A stretch of 64,000 bases of DNA from Octopus sinensis (lineage: Eukaryota). Made by a program: the position numbers and the translations under genes. The notes below the pieces were generated by a model. The model saw nothing but the letters and a program-made list of their open reading frames with translations, did no database searches and was not told the DNA's origin. This document shows positions 63,165-64,000 of this stretch, piece after piece. Location: NCBI RefSeq assembly GCF_006345805.1, contig NC_043006.1:1550001-1614000 (forward strand), read 5' to 3'. Position 1 is the stretch's first letter. Each line of letters begins with the position of its first letter.

Positions 63165-64000
63165 GCATTAGGAAGGGCATCCAGCCGTAGAAACACTGCC
63201 AGATCTGACTGGGCCTGACGAAGCCTTCCAGCTTCACAGACCCCAGTTGAACCGTCCAACCCATGCTAGCATGGAAAGCGGACGCTAAATGATGATGATG
63301 ATTTCACTCACATCCATCCAGTTACGTGCAGATAAGTTTTTGTTTCTCCCTTCCTCGCTTAATTCCACACTGTATTCTAGTATTCTATCTTATGCTGATG
63401 ATACTAAGATATTTGTGGGTGGTACCAAGTCCCAACCAGACCAAGAGTGGAACAATGTAGTTCACAAGGCCATTAGAACAAAGAAACAAGCTTGGAAGGA
63501 CTGGAAGCATGGTGGTGGCAAGGAGCTATTTCAGGCAGCTAGAAGGGAAGCTAGGAAGCGGGTATACTTAGCCAGGGGTGAAGCAGAAAGGGAGAGGTTT
63601 GCCAATGTTCTGCAGCATGAAGGTCAGTGGCTTGAAGTGTTTCAGATTGCAAGACAGTGTAGCAGGCAAAATTGTGATGTTGTAGAGAAATGTGTTTGCA
63701 TGGATGATGGTTCACTTGCAGTTAGTGACTCTGAAAAGAAAGAGGCTTGGAAGTGCCACTATGAAAGGCTACTAAATGTTGCATTGTAGACAAAGCCATG
63801 AAGGATATGAAGACAGGAAAATCCCCTGGCCCATCCGGAATAACCATCCGGAGATGTTTAAGATATCTAGTGTGGTTATGGTTTAATCACCCCTATCGTT
63901 AATTGGGGGGTAGGCGAAGGAGTCATGCCCAGTGACTGGTGTAGCAGCACCATAATCAACTGCTACAAATGTAAAAGTGATGCCTTAGATAGAAATAATT
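63165..64000 (+). mobile_element. RTE 3' end (63165-63302) followed by RTE ORF fragments (63420-64000)
   Basis: WNNVVHKAIRTKKQAWKDW..EKKEAWKCHYERLLN, then KAMKDMKTGKSPGPSG..PSDWCSSTIINCYK. Confidence 0.8.

Overview
AT-rich, repeat-dense animal genomic DNA. The SINE/LINE complement and microsatellites look like an octopus genome (inferred from recalled repeat families, not searched). Two spliced + strand protein-coding genes can be rebuilt. (1) A Kelch-like 18 (KLHL18, BTB-BACK-Kelch) gene with 10 coding exons from 9704 to 27558; the first exon was not found and is probably upstream of the window. (2) An apparently complete 3-exon gene (49053-62368) for a ~200 aa secreted, probably GPI-anchored, 10-cysteine Ly6/uPAR (quiver/sleepless-like) protein with unusually long loops. 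The rest is mostly mobile DNA: three tRNA-type SINE families, RTE, CR1-like and Dong/R4 LINE fragments, mariner/Tc1 relics, pogo, piggyBac and hAT MITEs, Helitrons and two abutting LTR-like units. The most interesting signal is a set of sequence-unrelated fold-back insertions, mostly in (TA)n tracts and one with a 15-bp TSD. They look like Penelope-like element ends, and several carry minimal type I hammerhead-ribozyme folds with non-canonical cores. Most ORFs in the supplied track are microsatellite or SINE artefacts.
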